A stretch of DNA of 39,348 nucleotides from Limisphaerales bacterium. GTDB lineage: Bacteria > Verrucomicrobiota > Verrucomicrobiia > Limisphaerales > SIBE01. The position numbers were made by a program, and so were the translations under genes. Below, piece after piece: positions 37,974 through 39,348 of the stretch. Positions within the stretch are counted from its first letter, which is position 1. The number at the start of each line of letters is the position of its first letter. Under the pieces are notes generated by a model, which was given only the letters and a program-made list of their open reading frames with translations, was not told where the DNA came from and did not search any database. Location of the stretch: the NCBI GenBank assembly GCA_044225505.1, contig JBGAIN010000069.1, forward strand, positions 1 through 39,348. Reading direction: 5' to 3'.

Positions 37974-38594
37974 CTAGGCACCGTTGGCCGATAGGAGCCC
38001 GCCACTCTCCTTTAGGCAGTCGCCGAGACGGAGTTCAGCAGATTGCGGCTGATATTTCCGCGGTGTCGAGCGGCCCCAGACGGAATCACCGTCGAGACAT
38101 GACTTGGCTGGCAAGATCACCACACTGCAATCCGTCTCTGCGGCCAGATTCAAGCCGAGGTTATGCCGCCTTCGGACCGGCTGCGATCTCCAGACAGCCA
38201 CTCGCCGAGCCGCTCGTCCGGACCGGCGCGATGTTAAAACAACAAACTGTGACTCCCCCCCTTTGGCCTCAGCGATGATTTCTTCGGCCACGTCTCCCAT
38301 GCGGACTCGCAGCTCTCTCGAGATGGTAGGGTGCAAATACTCCGACAATTTCTGCATGCGCCACCACGCGTCCTGACCTAGTTCGTCGTAGATCCGATTG
38401 TCGAGCGGGGCGATCTTCAAAGTGACGACGTGGAGCAGCACAACGCGCACCGACGCATGGCGGGCGAGTCGATTGGCCCAGTGGAAACCGTCAAGCGCGC
38501 AATGCTCCAGAGCGAGAGGCAATAGAATGCGAATCGCTCCCAACTCGGAATTGGTTAGCCAAGGTTGCACAGTCCCACGATCTCTCCTTCCCAC
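37974..38594 (-). CDS. Universal stress protein (Usp) family, divergent
   Basis: IRILLPL...WANRLAR...VVLLHVV...VRMGDVAEEIIAEAK...FVVLTS...CSVVILP follows the Usp fold pattern. Start uncertain. Confidence 0.75.
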   Translation of the reverse strand: MGRRDRGTVQPWLTNSELGAIRILLPLALEHCALDGFHWANRLARHASVRVVLLHVVTLKIAPLDNRIYDELGQDAWWRMQKLSEYLHPTISRELRVRMGDVAEEIIAEAKGGESQFVVLTSRRSGRAARRVAVWRSQPVRRRHNLGLNLAAETDCSVVILPAKSCLDGDSVWGRSTPRKYQPQSAELRLGDCLKESGGLLSANGA

Positions 38595-38626
38595 AACCCG
38601 CTAAAAATAAACACGACCGTGAAAGG

Positions 38627-38645
38627 CGTTAAAAGGTTATCAAAA
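38627..38645 (-). promoter_or_regulatory. Second putative KdpE-type box upstream of the usp gene
   Basis: The minus strand reads TTTTGATA-acc-TTTTAACG (11-bp period), sharing the TTTTAACG half-site with the kdp promoter. Confidence 0.45.
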
Positions 38646-39318
38646 CGGAAAGCCCCAAGCGTGACCGATCCTCTCGGATTGTGGGCGACCGGCCTCGGAC
38701 GATATTCAATGGGGGTGAACCAGATCGTGATCCGGCTGGCATTCCGAATGCGCCGCCACGAAGGCGGGCGGCTTCAGACTCTGTTCGATGCTGCGCTCGA
38801 TCAAAGTCGCAGTGCGATGGGCATCCTGCTAAGACAATTCCCAGTAGAACACTGTGGCACTGTAAAGCCTGCCTTGCGGCCAGAGCGCGTAGCCCGGGAT
38901 TTCCCCGCAGCGCAACCAACCCAGGCGGCTGTAGAGCCGAGCCGCGTCGGCGCCCGCGATTGCGCAGCTTCTCGCTGAGCGTAGCGCCAGGCTCCCGCTG
39001 AATTCCTGTCTGTCGGACAATCAGGCGTGTTAGCCAGGAGCGGCGGGTCGACTCGGAAAGGTAGCCTTGCTCTGGGTTTTCGCCCCAGCAAAAGATGTGG
39101 ATATGTGCCTCCACGGCTGGCGACCCACTCGAGGAAAACGCTACCTTTGCCGTCAACGAACCGGGGTCGCGCGATCCAAGATGCACCCGTCGAACTTAGA
39201 ACAACCCAACGCTCGCTGCAATTCACACCCCGTGGCGCAACTTGTCCTCCCGTCTTTTCTCACCTCAGAGAATGCGGTCGAAAGGTTGGAGCTCAGTGGA
39301 GATTCCGAACAGGACACA

Positions 39319-39348
39319 ATGAACCGACGCACGAGTGCGTTCGTGCAC
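39319..39348 (+). CDS. Possible start of a gene running off the window (MNRRTSAFVH...)
   Basis: AGGA shortly before an ATG and a basic N-terminus; only 10 codons are visible. Confidence 0.3.
   Translation, partial: MNRRTSAFVH

Noticed and set aside
39020..39120. Possible c-di-AMP (ydaO) riboswitch upstream of usp/kdp (minus-strand TGGGGCGAA...CCGAG...GCTAAC)
   Set aside because: The spacing and the 5' conserved elements do not fit by eye; an Infernal search with the ydaO-yuaA Rfam model would settle it.
38565..39226. Several overlapping 100-185 aa ORFs on both strands
   Set aside because: They have no recognisable motifs or RBS and conflict with each other; treated as probable intergenic sequence.

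Overview
GC-rich bacterial window whose gene content suggests the PVC superphylum, most likely Verrucomicrobiota (inference). Left to right: a truncated L-ribulokinase (araB); a ~2,600-aa secreted CotH-kinase/lamin-tail/PKD-repeat protein; and, divergent from it, three tightly packed exported-protein genes. These are (i) a full bacterial teneurin-like NHL + YD/RHS protein with an unrecognised C-terminal cargo, (ii) a partial duplicate of its shell with a different cargo and its own signal-peptide-like leader, and (iii) a secreted protein with a His-Gly...Cys dyad typical of clan CD (caspase/gingipain-fold) proteases. No immunity gene is visible. Next come an isolated flagellin whose variable region is a (G-N-I/V-N/T)n tetrapeptide array, blc, two small membrane/stress genes, a membrane-anchored ECF sigma factor, a PQQ-like beta-propeller protein, a MITE-like inverted-repeat element, a complete kdp(peptide)FABC-DE potassium uptake locus with unusual insertions in KdpA and KdpB, and a universal stress protein. 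The best candidate for an undescribed system is the 10-22 kb Sec-exported teneurin-like/RHS cassette with its adjacent putative protease. It shares a ~70-aa terminal domain (W...[YF]x[VL][EQ]...L...W...[FY][FY]R[LV]) with the CotH protein. All calls come from reading motifs by eye; no database search was run.
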